A stretch of DNA of 64,000 bases from Bacillota bacterium. Lineage in GTDB: Bacteria > Bacillota > DULZ01. Below are positions 55,433-64,000 of the stretch, in pieces. Below the pieces are notes generated by a model. The model saw only the letters and a program-made list of their open reading frames with translations. It did not search any database and was not told the origin of the DNA. Position numbers and translations under genes: made by a program. The DNA is taken from the NCBI GenBank assembly GCA_050951405.1, contig JBMNIZ010000013.1:101697-165696 (forward strand), given 5' to 3'. Each line of letters opens with the position of its first letter. The stretch's first letter is position 1.

Positions 55433-56848
55433 TTAATTCTTTTCCGCAATATCCCTGGCCACCACCACTCCGGTGACGGAAGCCTGCATCAGACCCCGAG
55501 TGATCCCGGCGCCATCGCCAATAGTATATAAGTTTTCTATATGGGTTTCAAAACTCTTATCTTTCACCTTTACTTTACAGGAGTAGAATTTCACCTCAAC
55601 CCCATAGAGCAGGGTATTTCTAGCATACATCCCCGGAGCGATCTTATCAAGAGCTCTGAGGGTTTCCACAATGGAAGTCAAGTAGCGCTGGGGCAAAACA
55701 TAGCTTAAGTCTCCAGGAACGGCACTTTTCAAGGTGGGAATGGTAGTAGACTTTTTCAAACGGTCCACATCGGTCCGGCGACCCTTCAAAACATCCCCCA
55801 GGCGCTGAACCATGACCCCTCCCCCGGTAAGCATATTGGCCAGCCGGGCGATATAACGTCCATATTCAATGGGCTGGTTGAAAGGCTCTGTAAAACGGGT
55901 GGAAACCAGCAGAGCGAAGTTGGTGTTGGGGGTTTTTAAAGCAGGATCGGCGTAGCTGTGCCCGTTCACCACAGCAATTCCCCCGTCATAATGCTCTTCG
56001 GAAACAACGCCTCCGGGATTCATGCAAAAAGACCTGACCCGGTTATCAAAAGTGTCGGAATAATAAACCAACTTGGCTTCATAGAGATCTGCCGTCAGGT
56101 GATCCATAATGGAATTGGGCACCTCAACCCGCACGCCGATATCCACTTCATTATTTTCCGTCTTGATCCCCAACTTTTGCGCCTGCCTGGCCAGCCAGTC
56201 GGCACCGCCTCGGCCAGGGGCGGCAACCACATACCTGCTGTGGATCTCCCGAGGTTCCCGGCCCTTCTGCCGGACCAACACTCCCCGGGCCTTGCCGTTC
56301 TCCACCAGGATATCCTGCACTGTAGTCAATTCCCAAAACTCGGTATTGGTTTCATTCATCAAATGGACATACATGGCCTTCAAAACATCGAAAGCCAGCT
56401 CCGTGCCCAAATGCCTGACCGGGCAAGGTATTAGCTGAATACTGTGCTTGGAAGCTTCGTACATGATGTCTTCCACTTTTTTCGTATTCAAACCGTAGAC
56501 TACCGGGCTGGCTCCAAACTGCAAGTAAATACCATCGGCATAATCCACCAGCCGCTGGGCCTCTTCCCGACTGTAGTAGTCGGTAATCCGTCCCCCTACT
56601 TCCGGGGACTTGCTCAGTTTCCCGTCACTGAAAGCACCCGCTCCCGACCAGCCGCTGGTTATACTGCAAGGATCGCATTCCCGGCAGGAACCGGTCTTCC
56701 TGGCCGGACAGGCTCTCTGATCAATGCTTGGCCCCTTATCCAGGATGAGGATGCTCAAATCCTCGCATAGCTTGCTCAATTCCAAAGCGGTGAAAATACC
56801 CGCCGGCCCGGCGCCGATAATAATCACATCATAATAAGAACTTCCCAC
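55433..56848 (-). CDS. NAD(P)/FAD-dependent oxidoreductase
   Basis: IIGAGPAG Rossmann motif, GAGAFSDGK, GDGAGITRGL; probable GTG start 56848 (track: 56905). Confidence 0.88.
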   Translation of the reverse strand: MGSSYYDVIIIGAGPAGIFTALELSKLCEDLSILILDKGPSIDQRACPARKTGSCRECDPCSITSGWSGAGAFSDGKLSKSPEVGGRITDYYSREEAQRLVDYADGIYLQFGASPVVYGLNTKKVEDIMYEASKHSIQLIPCPVRHLGTELAFDVLKAMYVHLMNETNTEFWELTTVQDILVENGKARGVLVRQKGREPREIHSRYVVAAPGRGGADWLARQAQKLGIKTENNEVDIGVRVEVPNSIMDHLTADLYEAKLVYYSDTFDNRVRSFCMNPGGVVSEEHYDGGIAVVNGHSYADPALKTPNTNFALLVSTRFTEPFNQPIEYGRYIARLANMLTGGGVMVQRLGDVLKGRRTDVDRLKKSTTIPTLKSAVPGDLSYVLPQRYLTSIVETLRALDKIAPGMYARNTLLYGVEVKFYSCKVKVKDKSFETHIENLYTIGDGAGITRGLMQASVTGVVVARDIAEKN

Positions 56849-57029
56849 CCGAAAATACCGCCTTTCTTCTGGGCATAAAAATAACTCAAACAGAAGGCAA
56901 ACCACTGTCCATTTGAGCTATCATCAGACCGTCCCCCGGATTAACAATTTTGATCCAAGGCTAGTATAGCAACAAAGCCGGAGGAGGTCAAGAAAAGGCG
57001 AATATTTTCCCCGCCGCTGCAAACATTAT

Positions 57030-57533
57030 TCAGCTTTTTTCCGGCGCTGCCCAAAAGCTGATCCGCTTCAAACCCAAGGCGCGAACCAGGACAACACTGA
57101 TCGCCGCATCGGCCGCATGATGGAGGGCCGTGCCTAAACCAACTACCACTCCCCAGGTATAAACATCGAATCCAAAAGGAATGACTATGAGAGCCTCCAA
57201 GCCGGCGTGAACCGGCAGGGCCGCTCCCAGAGCCACATAATAGGGTTTCCCTTTTTGCACCAAGAAAGCTGCTGTTAAACCCACAAAAAGATGGGTAAAA
57301 GCCCGGGCTGCTACCACCGGATCTGCCACCAGCAAAAAGCCAAATGCAGACGCCAAGCCTACCATGCCGGCTACCAGGGGACTGACCAAGGCAGCCAGGA
57401 ATAAAGGCACATGGGAAGCAAGAGTAGCAGTAAAAGGACCGATGATAATGCGGAGGTAAGGACCAAATACCAGAGGAATCAAAAGAGATAAAGCAGTCAG
57501 CAATCCTCCTAAAGCAAGCTGTCGAGTTTTCAC
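57030..57533 (-). CDS. ECF transporter S component, NiaX-like (niacin)
   Basis: FTATLASHVPLF, PVVAARAFTH, VGLGTALHH motifs; next to NiaR-like gene. Confidence 0.75.
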   Translation of the reverse strand: MKTRQLALGGLLTALSLLIPLVFGPYLRIIIGPFTATLASHVPLFLAALVSPLVAGMVGLASAFGFLLVADPVVAARAFTHLFVGLTAAFLVQKGKPYYVALGAALPVHAGLEALIVIPFGFDVYTWGVVVGLGTALHHAADAAISVVLVRALGLKRISFWAAPEKS

Positions 57534-57551
57534 CCAAAATCCCTCCCGACT

Positions 57552-57575
57552 AGTCAGCTGTCTTTACAGCTGACT
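57552..57575. promoter_or_regulatory. Palindromic operator (NiaR-like) downstream of TTGACA-N17-TAGGAT promoter (57595..57623)
   Basis: AGTCAGCTGTCTTTACAGCTGACT between promoter and RBS. Confidence 0.6.
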
Positions 57576-57649
57576 GTAAAGCTGTCTTTTCCTTATCCTA
57601 CTTCCCCCCGGCTCTTCTGTCAATCCCTTATTGCAGGCAATTATTCATT

Positions 57650-58863
57650 GGGGAATTGCAAGTTTAATTGCCACCCATATTTTGGCATCCTCTGATTATA
57701 CTGCCATCTTTGCCATCTCATTGGCAGATTTATATCCATGAATTTTTCTTGGGTAATTATTCATCCAGTTCTCAATTCGCCTAATATCTTTCTGTTTAAG
57801 CTTGCTGATATCTGTGCCCTTTGGAATAAACCGACGTATTAGCTTATTAGCATTTTCATTGGACCCACGTTCCCATGCGCTGAATGGGTGAGCATAATAG
57901 ATTTTAGTCCGATGAGTGCCCGGCTTTCTGATTGAACTCTCTAATTCTACACTGTTAAGAAACTCGCTTCCGTTATCTACCGTAATGGTTTTGAACACTT
58001 CTGAAAAGCGTGCTCCGTACTCTCTTTCAAGCCTATCCAGCGTTTTCTTCACTGATTTCTGTGTCTTTTCCGGCATCTTTCGGATAATCTCTTTTCTAAA
58101 CTTGCGTTCTGTTAGAACTAAGAGTGCGGCTTTGCCTTTCCCTTTGCCGCTTACAACACAATCCATCTCCCAATGGCCGGCTTCTTCACGAGTATTAGCT
58201 GCCGCAGGTCTTTCTTCAATGCTTCTGCCTTTTAGATTGTTGTGGGCAACTCGTACCCTCTTATGGCGATTTTTTTTAGGTACTCGTTTTACTGGAAGGT
58301 TTTTATTTGTTATATTTGCAAATACTTCTTTGTCGATATAGTTATAGAGCGTTTTTGTGCATATACTAGTCTTAAATTTTAAGCCTTTTGCCCGGATTTC
58401 GCCAATGACTGCGTCAGGGGTATATCCCTCTTTGATAATCTTTTTTTCAATGTAATCGGCTAGTCCATGGTCATGACCGATCTTTAAGCATGCTCCCTTA
58501 TTAGCAGCTCTCTCCCGGTATATTCGCTCTGCTGTATCTGCACAGTATCTATCAACATAAACCAGGTCGCTTCTCAGCATCCTGACAGTTCCACGGGCAA
58601 TCTCACGTTCGATGGTTCGCTTATGCTTGCCTAACAGCTTTGCTATCTCGCTGGGTGACTTCTTCTCCTTTAGAAGAATTTCAATCTGATAGCGTTCTTT
58701 TACAGTGATGTGTTTAAAGCGGCGGGAAGTCGTGGTACAATTGAGTTGACTCATGTGCTTTGCCTCCTTTATGTTTTTAAGCGTAGTTACCTTAAACATA
58801 TCAGAGGTTTAGCCTTGAGTCTCTATTTTTTATTAAATGCGGCAATTAATTTTACAACTTACC
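57650..58863 (-). mobile_element. IS30-family element, copy 2
   Basis: Same IRs as copy 1; 15-bp duplication AGGCAATTATTCATT at 57635..57649 and 58864..58878. Confidence 0.93.
57696..58799 (-). CDS. IS30-family transposase (intact; start probably ATG 58754)
   Basis: GHWEMD, TVDNGSEF, WERGSNENANKLIRRFIPKG motifs. Confidence 0.93.
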   Translation of the reverse strand: MFKVTTLKNIKEAKHMSQLNCTTTSRRFKHITVKERYQIEILLKEKKSPSEIAKLLGKHKRTIEREIARGTVRMLRSDLVYVDRYCADTAERIYRERAANKGACLKIGHDHGLADYIEKKIIKEGYTPDAVIGEIRAKGLKFKTSICTKTLYNYIDKEVFANITNKNLPVKRVPKKNRHKRVRVAHNNLKGRSIEERPAAANTREEAGHWEMDCVVSGKGKGKAALLVLTERKFRKEIIRKMPEKTQKSVKKTLDRLEREYGARFSEVFKTITVDNGSEFLNSVELESSIRKPGTHRTKIYYAHPFSAWERGSNENANKLIRRFIPKGTDISKLKQKDIRRIENWMNNYPRKIHGYKSANEMAKMAV

Positions 58864-58869
58864 AGGCAA

Positions 58870-59397
58870 TTATTCATTTTCTTCGATTAAAACTCCGATC
58901 TCTTTCAGTCTTTCCTCCACCCGGTTCAAGACTTCCTGGCTAAGAGCTTCCACGGTATGCAGATGGACCCCTCCCGTCAAAGCCGCCAGCGGCTGGGCCC
59001 GGGATTCCTTCAATTTTTTCACAAACTCAGCCACCTCCCGGCGGGAACTGAGCATTAATAAACCGGTAATCTCACCATAAATAGGATGTTCCACGATCAC
59101 ATCCACTACCCGGCCGCCGCAGTCCACAATCTGGTAGAGTTCCTTTTCCAAGCCGGCCAAGTCGTGATGGACCACTGCAAATGTGCGCCGGTAGAGGGGC
59201 AGGGAAACAGCTTGAGCAAGCAAGTAACCCTGGGGAGTGGCCAGGATATCCAGGCCGCCGGCCCGCAAAAGGGCGATATCCTGCACAATGACCTGCCGGC
59301 TCACTCCCAGGGAATTGGCCAGCTCTCCCCCGGTAACCGGAGAATCGGCCTCCTGCAAAATTTTCACGATTTCTTCTCTCCGTGCCTGGGGTGTCAT
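58870..59397 (-). CDS. niaR: NiaR/YrxA-type repressor (HTH plus 3H domain)
   Basis: VSRQVIVQDIALLR, VEHPIYG, LTGGVHLH motifs. Confidence 0.88.
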   Translation of the reverse strand: MTPQARREEIVKILQEADSPVTGGELANSLGVSRQVIVQDIALLRAGGLDILATPQGYLLAQAVSLPLYRRTFAVVHHDLAGLEKELYQIVDCGGRVVDVIVEHPIYGEITGLLMLSSRREVAEFVKKLKESRAQPLAALTGGVHLHTVEALSQEVLNRVEERLKEIGVLIEENE

Positions 59398-59419
59398 GAT
59401 GTCATCCTTTCTATTTACA

Positions 59420-59878
59420 TCAGGGCTCTATTTTGGCCCCATAACGTTTCAAAACGGTAACAATCCCATGTCCTAAAGTAAAAACCACCAATCCTTCGCT
59501 CAAGCCGATACTGAAGACAGTCAGCCAATAGGGCCACCGAAAAAGCAAATGCAAGTAAGCGCTGACTAAAAATGCATTAAATACCACCGGAGACAAATAA
59601 GCCAGGATAGACCCCCGAAAATAATAAGTGACGGCCGCCGCCAACAAAGTGGTCAGACTGCCTCCCAGCACATCAACCAGACCCAGGCCTCCGTACATAT
59701 TGGCCACCAGGGCTCCCACGAAAAGACCCGGCACTGCTTCCAAGTAGAACATGGGCAATAAAGTGAGCCCTTCCGCCAGCCGCAATTGCACCACCCCATA
59801 GGAAATGGGCTGGAACACGATACAGAGAACCACATAGAGAGCAGCGATAAGAGCCGCCCTGATCAATTTATAAGCCAT
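59420..59878 (-). CDS. queT: QueT family ECF S component
   Basis: AALIAALYVVL, ISYGVVQLRLAEGLTLLP motifs. Confidence 0.82.
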   Translation of the reverse strand: MAYKLIRAALIAALYVVLCIVFQPISYGVVQLRLAEGLTLLPMFYLEAVPGLFVGALVANMYGGLGLVDVLGGSLTTLLAAAVTYYFRGSILAYLSPVVFNAFLVSAYLHLLFRWPYWLTVFSIGLSEGLVVFTLGHGIVTVLKRYGAKIEP

Positions 59879-59900
59879 CCTTCCGCCTCCCTGCCAGCGC

Positions 59901-60218
59901 CTATGATCTGATCACCACCGCCGTGCCGGAAGCTGTTACCATTAACATCCCATCCCGAACCACTTCATAATCCACATCCACCCCTACCACCGCATTGGCT
60001 CCCAAGCGCCTGGCCTCCTCCGTCATTTCCGCCAAAGCCACCCGGCGGGCCTCATTGAGCTTTGCTTCATAAGCTCCCGAGCGCCCTCCCACTACATCCG
60101 TGATGCTGGCAAAAATATCCCTGATCACATTGGCGCCCATGATGGCTTCGCCGGAAACAATGCCCAGGTAAGCGGTAATAGTCCGCCCTTCCACATTCGG
60201 GGTAGTAGTAACGATCAT
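59901..60218 (-). CDS. YbjQ/UPF0145 family protein
   Basis: [29 protein letters not shown] motifs. Confidence 0.9.
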   Translation of the reverse strand: MIVTTTPNVEGRTITAYLGIVSGEAIMGANVIRDIFASITDVVGGRSGAYEAKLNEARRVALAEMTEEARRLGANAVVGVDVDYEVVRDGMLMVTASGTAVVIRS

Positions 60219-60245
60219 TTTTCCTGCCTCCTTTTTTCCTCTCCC

Positions 60246-60710
60246 TCAAGGGAAAACAGAGCTTTTTTCCCAGCTCTTCTCATTATAGATCCGGATACCT
60301 TTTTGCCGCAGCAGAGCCGCTGTCACTCCTTCTCCCTTTATCCGGCGTCCTTGAAAAGAACCGTCATATATAAAGGAAACGCCGCAAGAAGGGCTGTTTT
60401 CTTTCAGAATAGCCCAAGAAACGCCGGCTATTTCACAAAGACGGACCACTTCCTGAGCACCCCGGATGAATTCCCGGGTAACATCCCTTCCTGCTCGGGT
60501 CAAAACCCGCGCCTGTCCCAGAAGAACATCCCCTCCTGAACCGCCGCAGATTTCGGCCGCATCCCGGGGCGTGGTCAGGCCTCCCAGCTGTTCCGGACAC
60601 ACAGGCAGGGCTTTCCCCTGGGCCAGCAGTTCTTTTAACTGGGGCAGCTCATTATCTCCTCCGTCATACTTGCATTTCACTCCCAGCAGGCAGGCACTGA
60701 CGCAATACAT
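60246..60710 (-). CDS. DUF523 (2-thiouracil desulfurase-like) protein
   Basis: VSACLLG, VCPEQLGGL, SPSCG motifs. Confidence 0.88.
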   Translation of the reverse strand: MYCVSACLLGVKCKYDGGDNELPQLKELLAQGKALPVCPEQLGGLTTPRDAAEICGGSGGDVLLGQARVLTRAGRDVTREFIRGAQEVVRLCEIAGVSWAILKENSPSCGVSFIYDGSFQGRRIKGEGVTAALLRQKGIRIYNEKSWEKSSVFP

Positions 60711-60987
60711 GGACTACCCTCCTGTCTCACTTCTCTTCCTCCGGGCTGTCCGGTTCACCGGCCCGGGGACTTCTGATCCAAGCCCATCTGATAATTTCTG
60801 CTTCCGCTATCTTTTCCCTTCCGCTAGCTTCGCCCAAATGGGATTTTGTCTCGATTTCAATAAAACTAGTTCCCCACTGTTTTGCCCGGCCGGATTCTTC
60901 CTCTGGGCAAGCGCTTATTTTAGCAAATAGTTTTTCCCAGAGTTAGAATTATATTTCTTTTTCGGGAAAGTTGGGACTGGCCGTCTC

Positions 60988-61029
60988 TTGACACTCTATT
61001 GGCCGCTGATTATACTTAACATATGTTAA
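60988..61029 (+). promoter_or_regulatory. sigA promoter with overlapping palindromic operator
   Basis: TTGACA-N17-TATACT followed by TTAACATATGTTAA. Confidence 0.65.
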
Positions 61030-61099
61030 AGGATTTCCAGACTAGAAGGATGAAAGCGGGAGCTCCCCATCATACCCGGGGAGAAAACTGAGAAAGGAT

Positions 61100-61543
61100 A
61101 TGGGGATTATGGAAGAAATAACCAACAAGCTGACCCAGGACCTGGATGTCTGTACCTCAGAGTTGGTCCACCGGCTCCGATTTCTCACCGCCCAGGAAGA
61201 CAAACTGACCGGCATCCAGTTTTTTGCCCTTCGCCTATTGGCCAAAGAAGGCCGGATGAAGGTCACAGAAATTGCCTCTTATCTGGGAGTAACCCTGAGC
61301 GCTGTTACGGGCCTGGTCAACCGCCTGTATAAAATGGAGCTGGTCTACCGGGACCAGGATGAAGGGGACCGGCGGGTGGTCTGGATCCGCCCCTCGGAAA
61401 AAGGCTTTTCTCTTTTAGCCCGGGCCAATGAAAGACGTGCCCGCAAACTGAAAAGCTATCTGGGGGAACTGTCTCTGGAGGATCTGGAAAAGTTCCACCA
61501 GATTATCCAACAGCTACTACTTCAAATGGAAAGGGATCGGTAA
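61100..61543 (+). CDS. MarR family regulator
   Basis: wHTH, DEGDRRVVW. Confidence 0.88.
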   Translation: MGIMEEITNKLTQDLDVCTSELVHRLRFLTAQEDKLTGIQFFALRLLAKEGRMKVTEIASYLGVTLSAVTGLVNRLYKMELVYRDQDEGDRRVVWIRPSEKGFSLLARANERRARKLKSYLGELSLEDLEKFHQIIQQLLLQMERDR

Positions 61544-61544
61544 G

Positions 61545-61808
61545 ATGATCAACAAGTACGTCACCACCATGGCAGTGACCCGTTTCCTTTTCGGCTTGAT
61601 CAATTTTATCGGGGTGTTCTTCATGCTCCGTTACAACACCCCGGAACAGGCCCTCAGGGTTAACGGGATTATCGGTTCCATTGGACCTTTTGTTTTCCTT
61701 TTTGTCAGCATGGTCGGATTGGCAGGCATGGCCGGCAAAATCTCCACGCAAAAAATGATTCTCCTCATCGCCGGCATTATTCTCATCTGGCTGGGGACAA
61801 AAAATTAG
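61545..61808 (+). CDS. YqhV/DUF2619-like small membrane protein
   Basis: ALRVNGIIGSIGP...GLAGMAGKIS pattern, three TM segments. Confidence 0.7.
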   Translation: MINKYVTTMAVTRFLFGLINFIGVFFMLRYNTPEQALRVNGIIGSIGPFVFLFVSMVGLAGMAGKISTQKMILLIAGIILIWLGTKN

Positions 61809-61814
61809 GGGTGA

Positions 61815-62978
61815 ATGACCATTTACCGCAATTTTATTTGCGCTCTGACGGCGACCCTTTTTTTTACCAGCACCTATTATTTACTGCTCCCAGCCCTGCC
61901 CCTTTATTTGACCGAGCAGGGCCTGGACAATTTCAGCATTGGTCTCATCATGGGCATCTTTTCCGTCACTTCTCTCTTGCTCCGACCCGTCAGCGGGCGC
62001 CTGATCGACTTAAAAGGGCGAAAGGGCATTATGTTCATTGCCATCGGCAGCTACCTGCTCAGCCCTCTTTTTTTCCGGCTGGGGACCGGCAGCCTGGTGA
62101 TGGGGCTGGTGCAGATTCTTTTTGGTTTCGCCATCGGCAGTTTTACCACCGCTATCACCACTTATGTCGCGGATATTGCCCCCCGGCATTTGATGGCCCG
62201 TTTTATCGGCTGGCACAGCATTGCCATCATCATCGCCAAGGGGATGGCCCCCGCTTTGGGACTGGCGCTGGCGGTCCGGTATGGCTTCCCTTTAGCCCTG
62301 GGTCTTTCCATCTGCATCGCTCTGCTTTCGGTTCTTTTTGTCCATCGCCTGGAAGAACCGCCTCTTTCAACATCATCAAACAGTGTCTCCACCAGCTTCC
62401 GGGAAATAATCACCACGAAGATGATTCTCCTGCCCACCATCACCCTCTTTGCCGGCCTGATCACTTTTGGCGCCATCAACGTAATGCTCTCCCTTTTTGC
62501 TGCCGCCAGGGAGATCCCTAATCCGGAGCTGTTCTTCGTCATCCATACTCTAACCGTCATCGCCACCCGCCTCATCACAGGGAAACTGCCCGGATCATCC
62601 CTTTCCGCTCAGGTTATTTTTTCCATGCTGGTTTTATTTTTGTCTCTGGTTTTGATGAGTCAAGTCCAGCAATTCTGGCAGCTGATGGCCGTGGCCGTCA
62701 TTTATGGTATTGGTTACGGGGCCATCTACCCGGCTCTCAGTTCCCTTTTGATCCTCTCCACTCCCGACCATTTAAGGGGAACAGCTCTGGGCATTTACAC
62801 GGCAGGCTTTGATCTGGGAGTGGCGACGGGAGCCGTCTTGGCCGGTCTCTCGGAATTTATCGGATTTTCCATGGCCTACCTGGTAACCGCCCTCATCCCT
62901 CTCTTGGGACTGTTGCTCTTTGTCGCCCTTTACCTGCCGGCAGTGAAAAAAACTGCCGGGACGGATCTCTCCGAATAA
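61815..62978 (+). CDS. MFS transporter
   Basis: GRLIDLKGRK motif A, about 12 TM segments. Confidence 0.9.
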   Translation: MTIYRNFICALTATLFFTSTYYLLLPALPLYLTEQGLDNFSIGLIMGIFSVTSLLLRPVSGRLIDLKGRKGIMFIAIGSYLLSPLFFRLGTGSLVMGLVQILFGFAIGSFTTAITTYVADIAPRHLMARFIGWHSIAIIIAKGMAPALGLALAVRYGFPLALGLSICIALLSVLFVHRLEEPPLSTSSNSVSTSFREIITTKMILLPTITLFAGLITFGAINVMLSLFAAAREIPNPELFFVIHTLTVIATRLITGKLPGSSLSAQVIFSMLVLFLSLVLMSQVQQFWQLMAVAVIYGIGYGAIYPALSSLLILSTPDHLRGTALGIYTAGFDLGVATGAVLAGLSEFIGFSMAYLVTALIPLLGLLLFVALYLPAVKKTAGTDLSE

Positions 62979-62984
62979 ACCCTC

Positions 62985-63506
62985 TTAGCGGTCAAAGTAA
63001 ATGTTCTTTCCAGTGGCGGAAAGAGGAATGCCTACGATTATCTCTCCCTCCATCAAGCCCATTTCCCTGACCACCACCCCGATTCGGTACATGATCCGGT
63101 TGTCGGCATTAAGGATACTAGCCGTCTTGGCCGCCGAACCCAGGGCGATACCCAAGTCGATCAGTCTCCAAGCGCAAATAGGCCCATGAAATTCCTTGCC
63201 CGCCCGGAGAGGGGGCAGTTCCTTACAGGAGGGATAGCCGCAAGCACCGCAGTCCAAGCCTGACTCCTTGGCTCCTTTCAAGCCGATTAAAAGCACCGCG
63301 CTGGAACGGCGCACATTATCCCCGTCTCGATCAAAGTTTTTCCTGCCGCTTTTTTGCCCGTAATCCACCATGGCCCGGGCCAGTTCCTCCAGCTGGGAAC
63401 CCTTTAGGATCTTGATCTCCAAGAAATCCTTACCTCCCGCTTTAGGGGCTGTTCGGGCCGCTACGGCCATCAATTCGGCCACCAATTCCATTCCTTTTCC
63501 TTCCAT
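62985..63506 (-). CDS. DUF2148 ferredoxin-domain protein
   Basis: AARTAPKAGG, CGACGYPSC, DLGIALGSA, GKNIYFDR motifs. Confidence 0.8.
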   Translation of the reverse strand: MEGKGMELVAELMAVAARTAPKAGGKDFLEIKILKGSQLEELARAMVDYGQKSGRKNFDRDGDNVRRSSAVLLIGLKGAKESGLDCGACGYPSCKELPPLRAGKEFHGPICAWRLIDLGIALGSAAKTASILNADNRIMYRIGVVVREMGLMEGEIIVGIPLSATGKNIYFDR

Positions 63507-63525
63507 CTCTGCAAATCATCCTCCT

Positions 63526-64000
63526 TTAGTTTGTTTCCAATCTTGGTTCCACCAACTCCCACACTTCCGGCGGGATCAGTCCCAATCGCCAAAAAGCGAT
63601 ACCTCCCAGCCCGTATTTTCGGGCCAGTTCTAATTTGCCCCGGACGCTCATTTGATTTTCATACCAGACCTGATGTTCCACCCCTGCCTCATCCCGGTAG
63701 CGATAGAACGGAACATAGGCCTCCTGATGAAAATAGTCTTCCCCGGCTGAATTTTGGCGTAGCTTACTCACCTGATCCAAATCCACTACCCGGCCTCTGC
63801 CTCCGGCGGGCCAATCATAACCGTACAGGCCGATGCCCAAATAAATTTTCTCCGGCGGCATAATTCCGGCTGCGTATTGAATCACTTTTTCCACCCAATC
63901 CAGACCGGCCACCGGCCCCGGGGCGCTGCCCGCATAATGTTGGTCATAGGCCATTAAAACCATCCGGTGGGCAATGGCGCCCAAAGACTCATAATCATAG
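63526..64000 (-). CDS. Glycoside hydrolase family 18 (YaaH/SleL-like), C-terminal part; continues beyond the window
   Basis: LMAYDQH, LGIGLYGYDW, GIAFWRLG motifs; frame open to the window edge. Confidence 0.85.
   Translation of the reverse strand, partial: YDYESLGAIAHRMVLMAYDQHYAGSAPGPVAGLDWVEKVIQYAAGIMPPEKIYLGIGLYGYDWPAGGRGRVVDLDQVSKLRQNSAGEDYFHQEAYVPFYRYRDEAGVEHQVWYENQMSVRGKLELARKYGLGGIAFWRLGLIPPEVWELVEPRLETN

Noticed and set aside
59879-59900. preQ1 riboswitch before queT
   Set aside because: Only 22 bp separate it from the upstream gene; no motif

Overview
Chromosomal window from what looks like a spore-forming Clostridia-type Firmicute (inferred from sporulation-type genes and promoters). 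About 45 kb is a type I-B CRISPR-Cas locus on the minus strand: cas6, cas8b/csh1, cas7, cas5, cas3, then a 6.3-kb nest of three broken IS21 elements, then cas4, cas1, cas2, the leader and a very large array. The array has roughly 300 repeats (estimated from length), plus-strand repeat GTTTCAATTCCTCATAGGTAGGCTAAAAAC, and is broken by IS21 and IS1182 elements. Best signals: (1) a degenerate repeat-spacer-repeat mini-array between cas6 and cas8b whose 24-nt guide matches the cas8b promoter/5'UTR next to a TTA PAM, with mismatches at guide positions 6 and 12, i.e. CreR/CreA-like Cascade autorepression; (2) a 430-bp giant spacer between two perfect repeats carrying a complete small phage-like gene, a terminator and the start of the next gene, plus a probable second gene-sized capture beside the orphan terminal repeat; (3) spacers that carry a consensus promoter, reveal the PAM, or are flipped copies of one protospacer. 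The flanks hold housekeeping genes (MATE/MarR, frameshifted P1B ATPase, five tRNAs, two IS30 copies, NiaR/NiaX-like pair, QueT, MFS, GH18). All calls were made by eye; no database searches were run.
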